The notes under the pieces: generated by a model
Seen by the model: the letters and a program-made list of their open reading frames with translations, nothing else
What the model was told of the DNA's origin: nothing
The model's database searches: none
Assembly: GCA_965237415.1 (NCBI GenBank)
Contig: CBDEFM010000002.1
Location: 3,648,001-3,712,000, forward strand
Direction: 5' to 3'
Origin: Alphaproteobacteria bacterium
GTDB taxonomy: Bacteria > Pseudomonadota > Alphaproteobacteria > UBA828
DNA: 64,000 nt
Translations under genes and position numbers: made by a program
In this document: positions 1 to 9,593 of the stretch, in pieces
Numbering within the stretch: the stretch's first letter is position 1
Layout of the letters: each line of letters opens with the position of its first letter

Positions 1-785
1 GCGCGGGCGCCCTCACCGGACCGAGCGCACGGGAGCGCGCGAAGCTGGTACAGGTGATCTTCCAGGATCCGACCTCCGCGCTCAATCGACGGCTACGGGT
101 TGGCGGCGTCCTGGCGGAGCCGTTTCTCGTGCACAGGATCTGCGACAAGGTCGAAGCAAAGGCGCGGGTCGATGCGCTCCTCGCGCGCGTCGGCCTGCCA
201 CCAGAAACAACTGAGCACTATTCCCACGAGCTCAATGCAAGCCAACGACAGCGGGTGGTGATCGCCCGTGCGCTGGCGCTGGAGCCCAAGGTTCTGATTG
301 CCGACGAGCCCATCGCGAAGCTCGATGTCTCGATGCAGGGCCAGATTCTGAACCTCATCGATCAGCTGAGACGGGAGCTCGACCTCAGCGTCATCTTCAT
401 AACGCACGACCTGAGCGTGGTGCGGCAGATCGCTACCCGTGTTGCCGTGCTCTATCTAGGTCAGCTCATGGAGCTTCAGGAGACGGAGTCCTTCTTCAAA
501 TCCGAAGGGCATCCATACAGCCAAGCGCTGCTCAGGTCGACACCGCGGCTTCGGGTCGGTGCCGGGGACAGCGCGCTCCACACCATCAAGGGTGAGATCC
601 CGAGTCCGATCGACGTGCCGCCCGGCTGCCCGTTCCTCAGCCGATGCTCGGAGGGCGACGACGATTGCGGGCTGTCCCGGCCGCCTCTTCTGCCGGGCTC
701 GACGGGCGGGCTTATTGCGTGCTTCAAGCGTGACACGGCCGAGGCCGCCGCAACCGGTGGAACCGCAACAGGAGTTAAACGCTGA
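1..785 (+). CDS. Oligopeptide/dipeptide ABC transporter ATP-binding protein (5' end outside window)
   Basis: IFQDP Q-loop, LIADEP Walker B, ITHDL H-loop and C-terminal HPY...GCPF oligopeptide-ABC tail; Walker A absent, so the start lies upstream. Confidence 0.9.
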   Translation, partial: AGALTGPSARERAKLVQVIFQDPTSALNRRLRVGGVLAEPFLVHRICDKVEAKARVDALLARVGLPPETTEHYSHELNASQRQRVVIARALALEPKVLIADEPIAKLDVSMQGQILNLIDQLRRELDLSVIFITHDLSVVRQIATRVAVLYLGQLMELQETESFFKSEGHPYSQALLRSTPRLRVGAGDSALHTIKGEIPSPIDVPPGCPFLSRCSEGDDDCGLSRPPLLPGSTGGLIACFKRDTAEAAATGGTATGVKR

Positions 786-818
786 TCCCGACCCGATTGG
801 ACGATGTCGGACGGATTG

Positions 819-1433
819 CTACCAGTCCGGTTCCTCTTCTCGTTGCGGGTGGACGGCGCCGACGAGGCGGCCCGCCCAGTTGCGCAGCGGCTTCTCCAGC
901 ATGTCAGCCAGTGCCTCCCGGTCGCGGTCGTCGAGAACACCGAGACGGTTGAGCATGGCCGCAACGGCGGCATCGGCGGTGCGGGTCGCGCCGTCGCGCA
1001 CCTTGAGCGCTAGACCGAAGCCCTGCTCGTAGAGCGCGGCGAAGAACACCCCCTCGGCGCCGAACTTGACCAGCACCCGCGTGCCCGCCGTCCCGACGAT
1101 GCGCGTGCACGCGCGGCCGTCGCCGGCGACCATGAAGGGATGCGCGGCCACTGCGCGCCTCACCCGCGCGATCGCCGCCTGGCGCTCCCCGGCGAGGCCG
1201 GAAGGGTCTGCGATGTGCGCGGCGGCCCGCGCGAGGGCGGAAAGCGGCAGGCCGATGGTCGGGATGCTGCAGCCGTCCGTCGCCCACGGCGCTTGTTCGA
1301 GGTCGTGGCCGGAGAGCGCCGCGATGGCGGCCGTCACCCGTTGCTGCACCGGATGGTCGCGCGCGATGTAGCCCCGCGTAGCCCCGCGTCGGCTCGCCTA
1401 GCGCCCGCGCCGTCACCAGGAAAGACGGTGTGC
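819..1433 (-). pseudogene. L-asparaginase II (Rhizobium-type), C-terminal half; frameshifted and 5'-truncated
   Basis: DGCSIP, HPFMVAG, KFGAEGV and ALKVRDG motifs; 10-bp duplication gtagccccgc x2 (1368-1387) shifts the frame; similarity ends at ~1433. Confidence 0.75.
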
Positions 1434-1788
1434 ACCTATGCACCTATCAATTCTGATTTTCGGTACACTGAGGCTGACGTAGGGTTGCAGGTTCCTCCTG
1501 TAACAGGGTTACAATACAAAGCTTAGGGTTGCTGTCAAGGACGGATAGGGTCGATTTGAACGACACAGAGTGCGACAGAGTTTCACTGAGGAGTTGCACT
1601 CAGGGATCAGGTCTGAAAGCTGGAATGGAACATCTATACAATCCTGATGATGGGGTGAGTGAGTTCTGTACGTAACCTATAAGTGATACGGGTCATATGG
1701 CGATGAGAAATTTCTTGGGACTATGCATGACCTTGTCTTCCATATGGAGATCTGCTGTGTCGCAGCTGGCGCAGGCTAATTCGGACGG

Positions 1789-2160
1789 ATGGCGACCATG
1801 AGGGAGGATGCCAGCGGGCGGCGCCAGCGTGCCGTGATGGCGACCGATGCGGAGTGGGAACGGATCGGCCGGGCGGCTGCGGAGAGCGGCATGGATCTGT
1901 CGCGCTTCGTAATCCATCGCGCGCTGGACCGGGACCCTCTGCCGCCGGAGGTCCTGCGCCGGGCGGTGCGCGAGATGCTGGTGCTGGCCAGGCTGGAGGA
2001 GAGGCGGCTGTGCGGGGCCGGCGCCGGAAAGATTTGGGAGGACGCCTGCGACGCGGTGGACGAATGGATCGACCGGGAGGGCATGCTGGAGGGGCTGACC
2101 GATCCCGGCGCGGCGAACCGCTGGAAGGCGGTGGAACCGGCCGGGGAGGACGAGCCGTGA
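1789..2160 (+). CDS. Ribbon-helix-helix / MobC-like protein
   Basis: ATDAEWERIGRAAAESGMDLSRFVIHRAL RHH-like pattern; next to a relaxase-tail-like fragment. Confidence 0.6.
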   Translation: MATMREDASGRRQRAVMATDAEWERIGRAAAESGMDLSRFVIHRALDRDPLPPEVLRRAVREMLVLARLEERRLCGAGAGKIWEDACDAVDEWIDREGMLEGLTDPGAANRWKAVEPAGEDEP

Positions 2161-2162
2161 CG

Positions 2163-2270
2163 GAGGAGGCGGGGCGGTCGGGCAGGCGGCAGCGGAGCCT
2201 GCACTGCAAGCCGGCAGAGGAGGCGGGGCGGTCCGGCAGGCGGCAGCGGAGCCTGCACTGCAAGCCGGCA
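2163..2270 (+). repeat. 54-bp tandem duplication in a truncated second RHH-like gene (GTG at 2157)
   Basis: Two near-identical copies (2163-2216, 2217-2270) encoding EEAGRSGRRQRSLHCKPA. Confidence 0.95.
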
Positions 2271-2314
2271 GAGCAGGCGATGATCCGGGAGCGTGCTGCG
2301 GCGGGGCCGCCCAC

Positions 2315-3178
2315 GTGCATCCCTTCTACCTGCCGGGGCACGAAGGGCTCATCAACCGCCTGCAAGAGCTGCGGCAACACCCTGCCGTCGAGGAACTTCC
2401 CGAACGAGAACGCAACCAGATCGACTCCATCCTCGAACAAAACACGCGCCAGACCACAGCCATCTCGCACGTCGACAACCATCTCGCCGAGGTCCAACGC
2501 TGCCGCAACCACCTCGCGGAGCTCCAGGATCTGGCGTACACGTACAAACTCAAGCTTGAGAAGGTGCACTCCTACGACGAATGGCACGACACCGCAGAGC
2601 GCCTCCTCGCGGCCGGCAAGGCCATCGCCGTTGACCGGAAAACCTACGGCCCCTGCCTCAACCACACTCCCCATGCGTGGAAGGACGTCCATGCCAGCAT
2701 CCGCGAGCTCGCCAGCGCCCTCGGCCACGACATCACCTCCCTCCATCACCGGCAGCCCGAGCTTTACCTCGAGCCCATCACCCGGCCCGTACCCGACTCA
2801 CAGCAGGCCAAGGACGCCGACGCGAGCTACCGCCGCCTCCGCGACGAATGGCACAAGCACGTCGCCCTCGCAGAATCGACGCAAACCCACCCCTACCACC
2901 TCAAGGGCCACGCCGAGCTCATCGACGCCACGCGCGAACTCCGCAACCTGCCCGATCTCGCCACAAACGCTCAGCAGGCCCTCGATACCCTGCTCCACGA
3001 CTACACCCCACTCCAACAGGTCCGACAGCACATCCACGCCTACCTCGACAAAGCTGAGCACGCCTTGGAGGAGTACCAGCGCTTCAAGGACACCGTGCAA
3101 GAGCTCAGTCCACTGGACGTCCGCCTTGAGGACATCGAGGGCTATGGCGCGAATGGAAGGACCGCGCCCTGCGCCTGA
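2315..3178 (+). pseudogene. Helical fragment resembling the C-terminal tail of a conjugative relaxase
   Basis: Repeated HPxxLxGH helical units similar in style to the 57.4-59.4 kb relaxase tail; no catalytic domain seen. Confidence 0.45.
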
Positions 3179-3863
3179 CCGACACCACATGCCGGCCGGT
3201 GCGCGAGCGCAGATGGTCGATGAGGTCGTCCAGCGACGGTGCCTCCGATCCCGGCCCCAGGTCAGCGACGCAGTCGACCCATGGCCAGTCGGCCAGCGCC
3301 TCCGCCGTCGCCCCGCCGGACAGCAGAGGATGCCCGCGGTGCGCGACGGTGCCCATGGTAAGTGCTGGCAGCTCTTCGCGCCGCAGAGAGTCCGGCAGGC
3401 ATGCCCCGGCGTCGAGACCGCCGCAGTGCAGGTCGCTCTCCCCGGCCTCCAGCAGGCGCAGCCCTTCGCCCCGGCCGGCGCTGCGCAGCCGCAGCTCGAT
3501 CCCGGGAAATCCCTCCCGGAAGCGCCCGACGGCGTCCGCCACGACGCCTTGCATCCAGAGCGCATCGGCGGTCGCCCGGATGTGCCCGTTGCGGCCCGCG
3601 AGCGCGCCGCCGATCCGGTCCTCCGCCTCCTCGTAGGCGCGCAGCAGGCGCCGGGCCTCTTCGGCAGCCGCGGCGCCGAGCGCCGTCAGCCGCACGCCGG
3701 TCGGCAGGCGTTCGAACAGCGGCGCGCCGAACCGGCTCTCAAGCGCGGCGATCGCGCGGGTCAGCGCCGGCTGGCCGATCGCCAGACGGTCGGCCGCGGC
3801 CACGACTTTCCCCGCCTCCACCACCGCCAGGAACTTCTCGATCTCGCTCCGACGCCTGAACAT
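3105..3863 (-). pseudogene. LysR-family transcriptional regulator, C-terminally truncated
   Basis: AAADRLAIGQPALTRAIAALE...LFER...LT LysR HTH; the substrate domain breaks off at ~3180. Confidence 0.8.
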
Positions 3864-4536
3864 GCCGACGCCTTCGCACGGCCCGGCCGCCGGATCGAAT
3901 ACGGATTATCAATGAAGAAAGCCGCGACCATAGCCTGAAACCGAAACTGGCAGCCCTGGAACCCGGTCCCGACGCACCCCGCCGGGCCTGGCGGGAGCGC
4001 GCTCCCCACCGAAACCGGCACGTACAGGGTCAGTGGGTTTGGTCGCTTCGTTTGGTGACTTCCGGCATCGAAAACTCCGATTCCGTCTACCGGTCGGGGC
4101 ACCGTATGGGTCTCCAACAGGATGCAAACCCGCGTGTACCATTGGCGGTCGCCGACCTGTCGACGAGAACCTGACGCCATCGCAGTTGGGACCATTCCAA
4201 CGACAAGCGCACCCATGTCATCCATTCCCTTGATGACGGTAGATCATCACAGGCAAGGAGCCGAGTCTTCGTCGCCGCCTCGAAATCCACCATCCCGGAC
4301 GCGCTCGGCGCGAAAACCCCCAATTGCAACCTTGTACATGCAGATTGTGGGTCTGAAGGTTCGAGCACGGTAAGCACGTTCACCTCCCGTCCGCCGACCG
4401 ATCGTCATCCCACGGCGAGACAGGTCACTTCGTCTCGTTTCAGAAATTGGCTACACGAATACTCTTGTGAATATTTTGAGGTAGATTTTGTAAATCGGCT
4501 GCGATACAGTCCCTCCAGCATCATGGAGACTGCCTC

Positions 4537-5139
4537 ATGCCGGTTCCGCGGAGAGATATAGTCCAACCGATCATCGAGAAGCACCGCCAACCAATTTTGG
4601 CCGCCGTTCTGGGCGCCTGGGACGATTGGCTCAAGAGCCCGCACCCCGGGGTCTGGCGCTGCAAGCGCAGCCGAGCGAACTTCGTGTGGGAACAAATCAT
4701 TGAGCGGGCCCACCTCGAATTCGACGATGCACCCGCTGTTCACATCATCGAGGGTCATGAGACGTTCAAGTTCCTGGTCGAACACCAGGTCCTCTTTCGG
4801 TTCAAGAAGGGCGACGAGTCTGGGCTGAGTGCCAACGTGCCAACCCAACTCGCTCTCGCGTTCCACGATCACAATCAAGACATGCTGCACTTGCCTGAGG
4901 TCCACCGCGTCGATGTCGTGTACCAGCTCAATCAGCTGGAAACAGGAATCGTCGACGTGATCCTCGTCGCGCGCGACGAGGACGTTGTGGTCTGGTCGTA
5001 CAGCCTGCTCAACACCGACGCAAAGGTCGTGCCGCTGCCCACGCCTGCGCCCAGCGACAAGCCCTCGACGCTTCCCACGCGGCGCTTGGTCCGCCCGCGC
5101 GAGGTCTCCCAAGGACAAAACCGAGATAGGCGGGACTGA
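4537..5139 (+). CDS. Uncharacterised protein, first gene of the CBASS-containing operon
   Basis: 200-aa ORF with GGAG RBS; FRFKKxD..G.S.N.PTQ motif; stop codon 2 bp before the next gene. Confidence 0.75.
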   Translation: MPVPRRDIVQPIIEKHRQPILAAVLGAWDDWLKSPHPGVWRCKRSRANFVWEQIIERAHLEFDDAPAVHIIEGHETFKFLVEHQVLFRFKKGDESGLSANVPTQLALAFHDHNQDMLHLPEVHRVDVVYQLNQLETGIVDVILVARDEDVVVWSYSLLNTDAKVVPLPTPAPSDKPSTLPTRRLVRPREVSQGQNRDRRD

Positions 5140-5141
5140 CC

Positions 5142-6221
5142 GTGCCCGGCACGTTCAATTCCGACCTGCTGCGGATAGCCCGACACGCACGGGGATGGAG
5201 TCAGACCGAGCTCTCAAAACAGTCCGGAATCTCCCAGGCGAACCTATCAAAGCTGGAGAACGGGCTGATCGGTCCCACCGATGATGTTCTTCATAGCGTA
5301 GCCAACGCTCTGCACTTTCCGCGGTCGCTATTTTTCGAGCCAGACAAGATGCTGGGGCTGCCGATCAGCGTCCACCCGATGTACCGCAAGAAGGCGAGCG
5401 TGGGCCACCGCGGCCTTGAACGTCTTGAAGCCGAACTCAACATTCGTCTGCTCCATATCCGGCGACTGCTAGAATCCACCGAGTTCGAGCCCGAGCTACG
5501 GCTGCCAGACATGGATATCGACGAGTTCGGTGGCGACCCGGAGCGCATAGCGGAACTTGTACGTCGAACGTGGCTCGTCCCGACCGGGCCCATGAAGGAC
5601 CTCGTGGGGTGGGTTGAAAGGGCCGGATGTGTGGTAATGCCGTGCAACTTCGCAGCCCTTGCAGTCGACGGGGTGACCATAAGCTCTCCAAGCCTGCCGC
5701 CATGCATTTTCCTGAACCGGAACCAACCCGCCGATCGCCAAAGATTCAGCCTCGGCCATGAACTCGGCCATATCGTTATGCACCGAGTGCCGTCTCCCAA
5801 GATGGAAGATGAAGCCAACGCCTTCGCTTCCGCATTGCTGATGCCGGCGAGAGATGTGCGTCCATATCTATCGGGGCGCCTAACGATCCAGAAGCTAGCT
5901 GCTCTAAAGCCGGTCTGGCACGTCTCAATGCAGGCACTCCTCTATCGCGCAAAGGCCGTGGGGGCCATCACCGCAAATCAAAGCCAGTACCTCTGGAGGC
6001 AGATCAGCGCCCTCGGCTACAGGCGCAATGAGCCCCCTGAGTTGGACTTCCCGGCCGAGGAACCCACCGTGCTACCGGAGATGATTCGTGTGCACCTCGA
6101 GGAGCTAGGCTACGAGATCGAGGATCTGTGCTCAGTGCTGCACGTATTTGAGGATGACCTACGCAACATACATCCGTTGCCCGGTAACCCTGTCGGACCA
6201 AACCTTCGTGTGGTCAAGTGA
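5142..6221 (+). CDS. XRE-family HTH fused to ImmA/IrrE metallopeptidase (CapH-CapP-like fusion)
   Basis: N-terminal GWSQTELSKQSGISQANLSKLENG HTH; RQRFSLGHELGH (HExxH) and EDEANAFASALLMP motifs. Confidence 0.93.
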   Translation: MPGTFNSDLLRIARHARGWSQTELSKQSGISQANLSKLENGLIGPTDDVLHSVANALHFPRSLFFEPDKMLGLPISVHPMYRKKASVGHRGLERLEAELNIRLLHIRRLLESTEFEPELRLPDMDIDEFGGDPERIAELVRRTWLVPTGPMKDLVGWVERAGCVVMPCNFAALAVDGVTISSPSLPPCIFLNRNQPADRQRFSLGHELGHIVMHRVPSPKMEDEANAFASALLMPARDVRPYLSGRLTIQKLAALKPVWHVSMQALLYRAKAVGAITANQSQYLWRQISALGYRRNEPPELDFPAEEPTVLPEMIRVHLEELGYEIEDLCSVLHVFEDDLRNIHPLPGNPVGPNLRVVK

Positions 6222-7276
6222 CAATCAGTTGCGCCACAGCCAACTCAACGCTTCTGTCAAACAATCTGAGATTAGGTCCCATGACCAGTAGCAGCCAAGG
6301 TCTTCTACCTCTGGTCGAAGCCCTACTCGCGGCGTCGCGCTCACGGACCTCCTGGAACGAGCGGTTCGAGCACTGGGAAAAGCCGGCCAGCGAGACCGAG
6401 GAGTCACAGATCAAGCGCTCGGCCGCAATGGTTCAGCGCGCACTCGATAACAACTCTTGGCTCGTGAGGGAAGGCGTGCAGGTAAGACCTCAAGGTAGCT
6501 ACCACAACAACACCAATGTCCGTCAGGACAGCGACATGGACCTGTGCGCCTGGCACGCTGGCATTCGCGTGTTGACGGAGGACGGCCTCACAACTGGCGA
6601 GGTGTACCGCACGCTGGGCTACAGCTCCACCACTGGTCGTATGATTCCTGACATAGCCGCAGACCTCCGGCGAGCGGTTGGTCACGCATTGGGCGCCGCT
6701 TTTGGCGACGCCCATGTGCATGGGGGCAACAAGGCGTTCCGGGTATCGGCCGTACCCGGCAGCCGAGCCGACGCTGACGTTGTACCTGCGGTCCACCTCG
6801 ACTACGTGTTCAAACGTGGATCAGGACTCTTCTATTCCCTCGATCGAGTAGAGGGAGTGATCATCTATGCGCAAGACGGCACGCAGGTCCTGAACTTCCC
6901 GCAGCAACACCATCAGAACGGCAAGGCAAAAAGGGAGCGAACCAAGCACCGCTTTAAGAAGGTGGTTCGTACTGCCAAACGGCTCCGGGACGAACTCGTA
7001 ACATTGAGGCAACTGCAACCGGGTCAAGTGCCCTCGTTCTTGATCGAGTGTCTTGTCTATGGCGTCGTGGACTCGACCTTCCTCTTTGACGAGGACCGTT
7101 ACGACAGGTTGCGTCGCGTGCTGTGTCGCGTTGGCGAACAGCTCTTGAACCCATTCTGGACGGCAACTGCACGCGAGACCAATGAGGTCAAACTGCTATT
7201 CCACGAAAGCCAGCCATGGTCTACCGCCGGCGCGCAGGCGTTCGTGACGGCAGCACTGCGCCGATTAGAGAGTTGA
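6218..7276 (+). CDS. cdnE: cGAS/DncV-like nucleotidyltransferase (CD-NTase, CdnE-like); alternative start at ATG 6281
   Basis: KPASETE, QGSYHNNTNVRQDSDMD (GS..DxD), DADVVP, NFPQQH, PSFLIECLVY motifs. Confidence 0.88.
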   Translation: MTISCATANSTLLSNNLRLGPMTSSSQGLLPLVEALLAASRSRTSWNERFEHWEKPASETEESQIKRSAAMVQRALDNNSWLVREGVQVRPQGSYHNNTNVRQDSDMDLCAWHAGIRVLTEDGLTTGEVYRTLGYSSTTGRMIPDIAADLRRAVGHALGAAFGDAHVHGGNKAFRVSAVPGSRADADVVPAVHLDYVFKRGSGLFYSLDRVEGVIIYAQDGTQVLNFPQQHHQNGKAKRERTKHRFKKVVRTAKRLRDELVTLRQLQPGQVPSFLIECLVYGVVDSTFLFDEDRYDRLRRVLCRVGEQLLNPFWTATARETNEVKLLFHESQPWSTAGAQAFVTAALRRLES

Positions 7277-7279
7277 TCA

Positions 7280-7894
7280 ATGTGGTCCCTTCTGCCGCGC
7301 CGTCTACAGCTGCTCAGCATCGTTATCCCAACAATCGTGATTGTCTTGGCCACGGAGGCGGCAATAGAGATTGCTGGCGGCGAGAAAACGAACCCCCTAA
7401 AGCACGCGTCTCTCGTGGCTTTCGTAATCGGTGCCATGTTGGCGCCCTTGGCGAATTTCCTATGGCGTTACATTTGGCGCTGGATCCCAGCAATTGAGGG
7501 CGCCATCTTTCCTGATCTCAATGGAACTTGGGAAGGTAGCATTTTCACAACCTGGACCGACCCTAAGACCGGAGAGAGTCCGTCTCCGATTCCAGCGACT
7601 GTATGGATGAAACAGTCGCTGTTCTCGACGAAACTCCGTCTTCGGACAGGCGAGTCACACTCCTACTCGACAAGATGCCACCTTGAGGCTGACCGCAATG
7701 CAGGAGTTTACAGGTTTTGGTATTCGTATGACAATCGACCTAAAGCGGAATTCAGTCATCGCAGTGCAAGACACGAAGGAATTGCGTGGCTAGAGTTGAA
7801 CATTGATGAGGACCGAGATCGACTGGTCGGACAGTACTTCACGGATCGGAGAACAACCGGCGATGTTAATTTACGCCGAGCGGTAACGCACTAA
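7280..7894 (+). CDS. cap15: CBASS Cap15-type effector (2 TM + beta-barrel)
   Basis: Two N-terminal hydrophobic helices, PDLNGTWEG motif, beta-rich C-terminus ending GQYFTDRRTTG; 3 bp after the CD-NTase. Confidence 0.88.
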   Translation: MWSLLPRRLQLLSIVIPTIVIVLATEAAIEIAGGEKTNPLKHASLVAFVIGAMLAPLANFLWRYIWRWIPAIEGAIFPDLNGTWEGSIFTTWTDPKTGESPSPIPATVWMKQSLFSTKLRLRTGESHSYSTRCHLEADRNAGVYRFWYSYDNRPKAEFSHRSARHEGIAWLELNIDEDRDRLVGQYFTDRRTTGDVNLRRAVTH

Positions 7895-8292
7895 GAAATG
7901 CGCGAATTAGTTGGGCCTTGGCGTCAAGACTACCAAGCTTTCCTAACTGCATATCGATGAGAAACAAGGCGCCTACATTAAGATCTGAGGAAGTTGATCG
8001 GTAACCATTCCGCGTGAGCCGCCTGTTCGGATGGGGATCGCTTGGGAGGTCCGACCAAACAGGACACAGAAGGGTCGACATCGCGCACGCCGCCCAATGC
8101 TATCGACTTCGAGGTGTTGAAAGCCTTTGCCGTCACCACGGACCGTGCTCGTCCGGGCGGCCGCCAAGTTTGCCTTGGCGACCGGTCCGTTGAGCTTCTC
8201 CCTCTGATCCCGGCCATTGGCGATGGGAGTTTTCCTGCGGACACCGGAGACGGAAGAGCTCGCGATGAGGCGGCAACGGAGCTGATTGTTGC

Positions 8293-8850
8293 GTAAGCGA
8301 TTTGAGCGCCCCACCCCTTCCAGATAGGCATGGGATCTGAGATTCACTGCTGCGACGTGAGCAGGAGGTGAATTTCTCAATGGTGCCTTCAACTGAGATT
8401 CTCAGTAACGTTGAAGTGCTGGAGATGTCTGGAGGTCGGCGTCGCTGGCCGGATGCGGTGAAGGCACGGATCGTTGCCGAGACGCTGGAAGTCGGCGCGA
8501 CGGTTGCGGGCGTAGCACGGAGATAGGGTCTGAATGCCAACCAACTGTCGGGCTGGCGTCGCCTGGCCCGGGATGGCCGGTTGGTGCTGCCGGCCGCCGA
8601 TGGGGATGTGGAGTTTGCGCCGCTGGTGGTCCGGGCAGAGAGGTCCCGTCGCCCCGGGCCGAGCGGTGAGCGCCTGGAAGTGGTTCTGGGCAAGGTGGCG
8701 GTCCGGCTCGACGCCGCGACGCCGGCGTGTCGGATCGCGGAGATCGTCTCTGCGCTGAATGCGTCGGCATGATCTTCCCGTCGAACCGGGTGCGTATCGT
8801 GGTTGCGACCCGGCAGGTGGACTTCCGCAAGGGCCATGACGGTCTACCGG
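8293..8850 (+). mobile_element. IS66 left-end remnant: tnpA with in-frame stop, plus 5' part of tnpB
   Basis: GTAAGCG end at 8293; RRRWPDAVKARIVAETL TnpA from 8380 with TAG at ~8524; MIFPSNRVRIVVATRQVDFRKG TnpB start at 8769. Confidence 0.85.
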
Positions 8851-8854
8851 AAAC

Positions 8855-9584
8855 CCTGCGCCGACATCGAGACCCTGCGCTACCCGGGAGCCTCTGGCTG
8901 GCCGAGGGCGGTCGTTTCCACGCCAAGCCGCGGCGCGAAATATCGACTCCGGCCAATGTCCTGCCGCGCTGGCGGGCCGGCATCGAGGCCGAAGTCGACA
9001 ACGCGGTGATCCGGGATGCGCTGTGGTTCGCGATGTACACCGGTCTGCTGCGCGAAGAGGTGCTGACCCTGAATTGGGAACATGTCGACACGGGGGCACA
9101 CACTTTCAGGGTCCGGCATACCAGAGGTACTGTCTCCTCCGAGCTCCCGGTCACAACCCAACTGGCCGCAATCCTCGACAGTCGACGTGCGGAAAGCGGA
9201 CATCCCGAGTCTGCTCAGCATGGCTGGGTATTTCCATCGCCGACCAGCGCGTCCGGCCATCTCAAGGAAATCAAACACCTGTACGGGCGGATTTCCGAAG
9301 CCGGCGGCGCGAAGTTCTGGTTCCAGGGGATGCGGAATTGCTACCTTGCCGTGGCGGAGGTGGACCTGCTGCTGCCGTCCTCGTTGACCAGCCGGCTTCT
9401 CAACCGTGCGCCGGTCGGCGGGATCGCCGCTGGCTATCCCGAAGACTGGACCACGGAACAGCTAAAGGCACCTGCGCAGCTAATTGCTGATCGTGTCGAA
9501 GAATTAACTATGACACACAGTCAATCGCCGAATTTTTGGTTGGTGTACATCAACAGTCAGCATCAACAAAAACATTGCGGTTGA
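8855..9584 (+). pseudogene. Tyrosine recombinase catalytic-domain remnant fused in frame to the tnpB stub
   Basis: ALWFAMYTGLLREEVLTLNWEHVD and WVFPS motifs; catalytic R and H-x-x-R degenerate. Confidence 0.7.
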
Positions 9585-9593
9585 TCTCTCGTG

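Noticed and set aside
1854-3938. 694-aa ORF and other long overlapping or antisense ORFs (e.g. 17893-19617, 23132-24667, 44342-46042, 61655-63442)
   Set aside because: R/P/A/G-rich shadow frames of real genes in high-GC DNA, with no motifs
4440-4510. Promoter/operator for the CBASS operon
   Set aside because: AT-rich, but no convincing -35/-10 pair or palindrome could be fixed by eye
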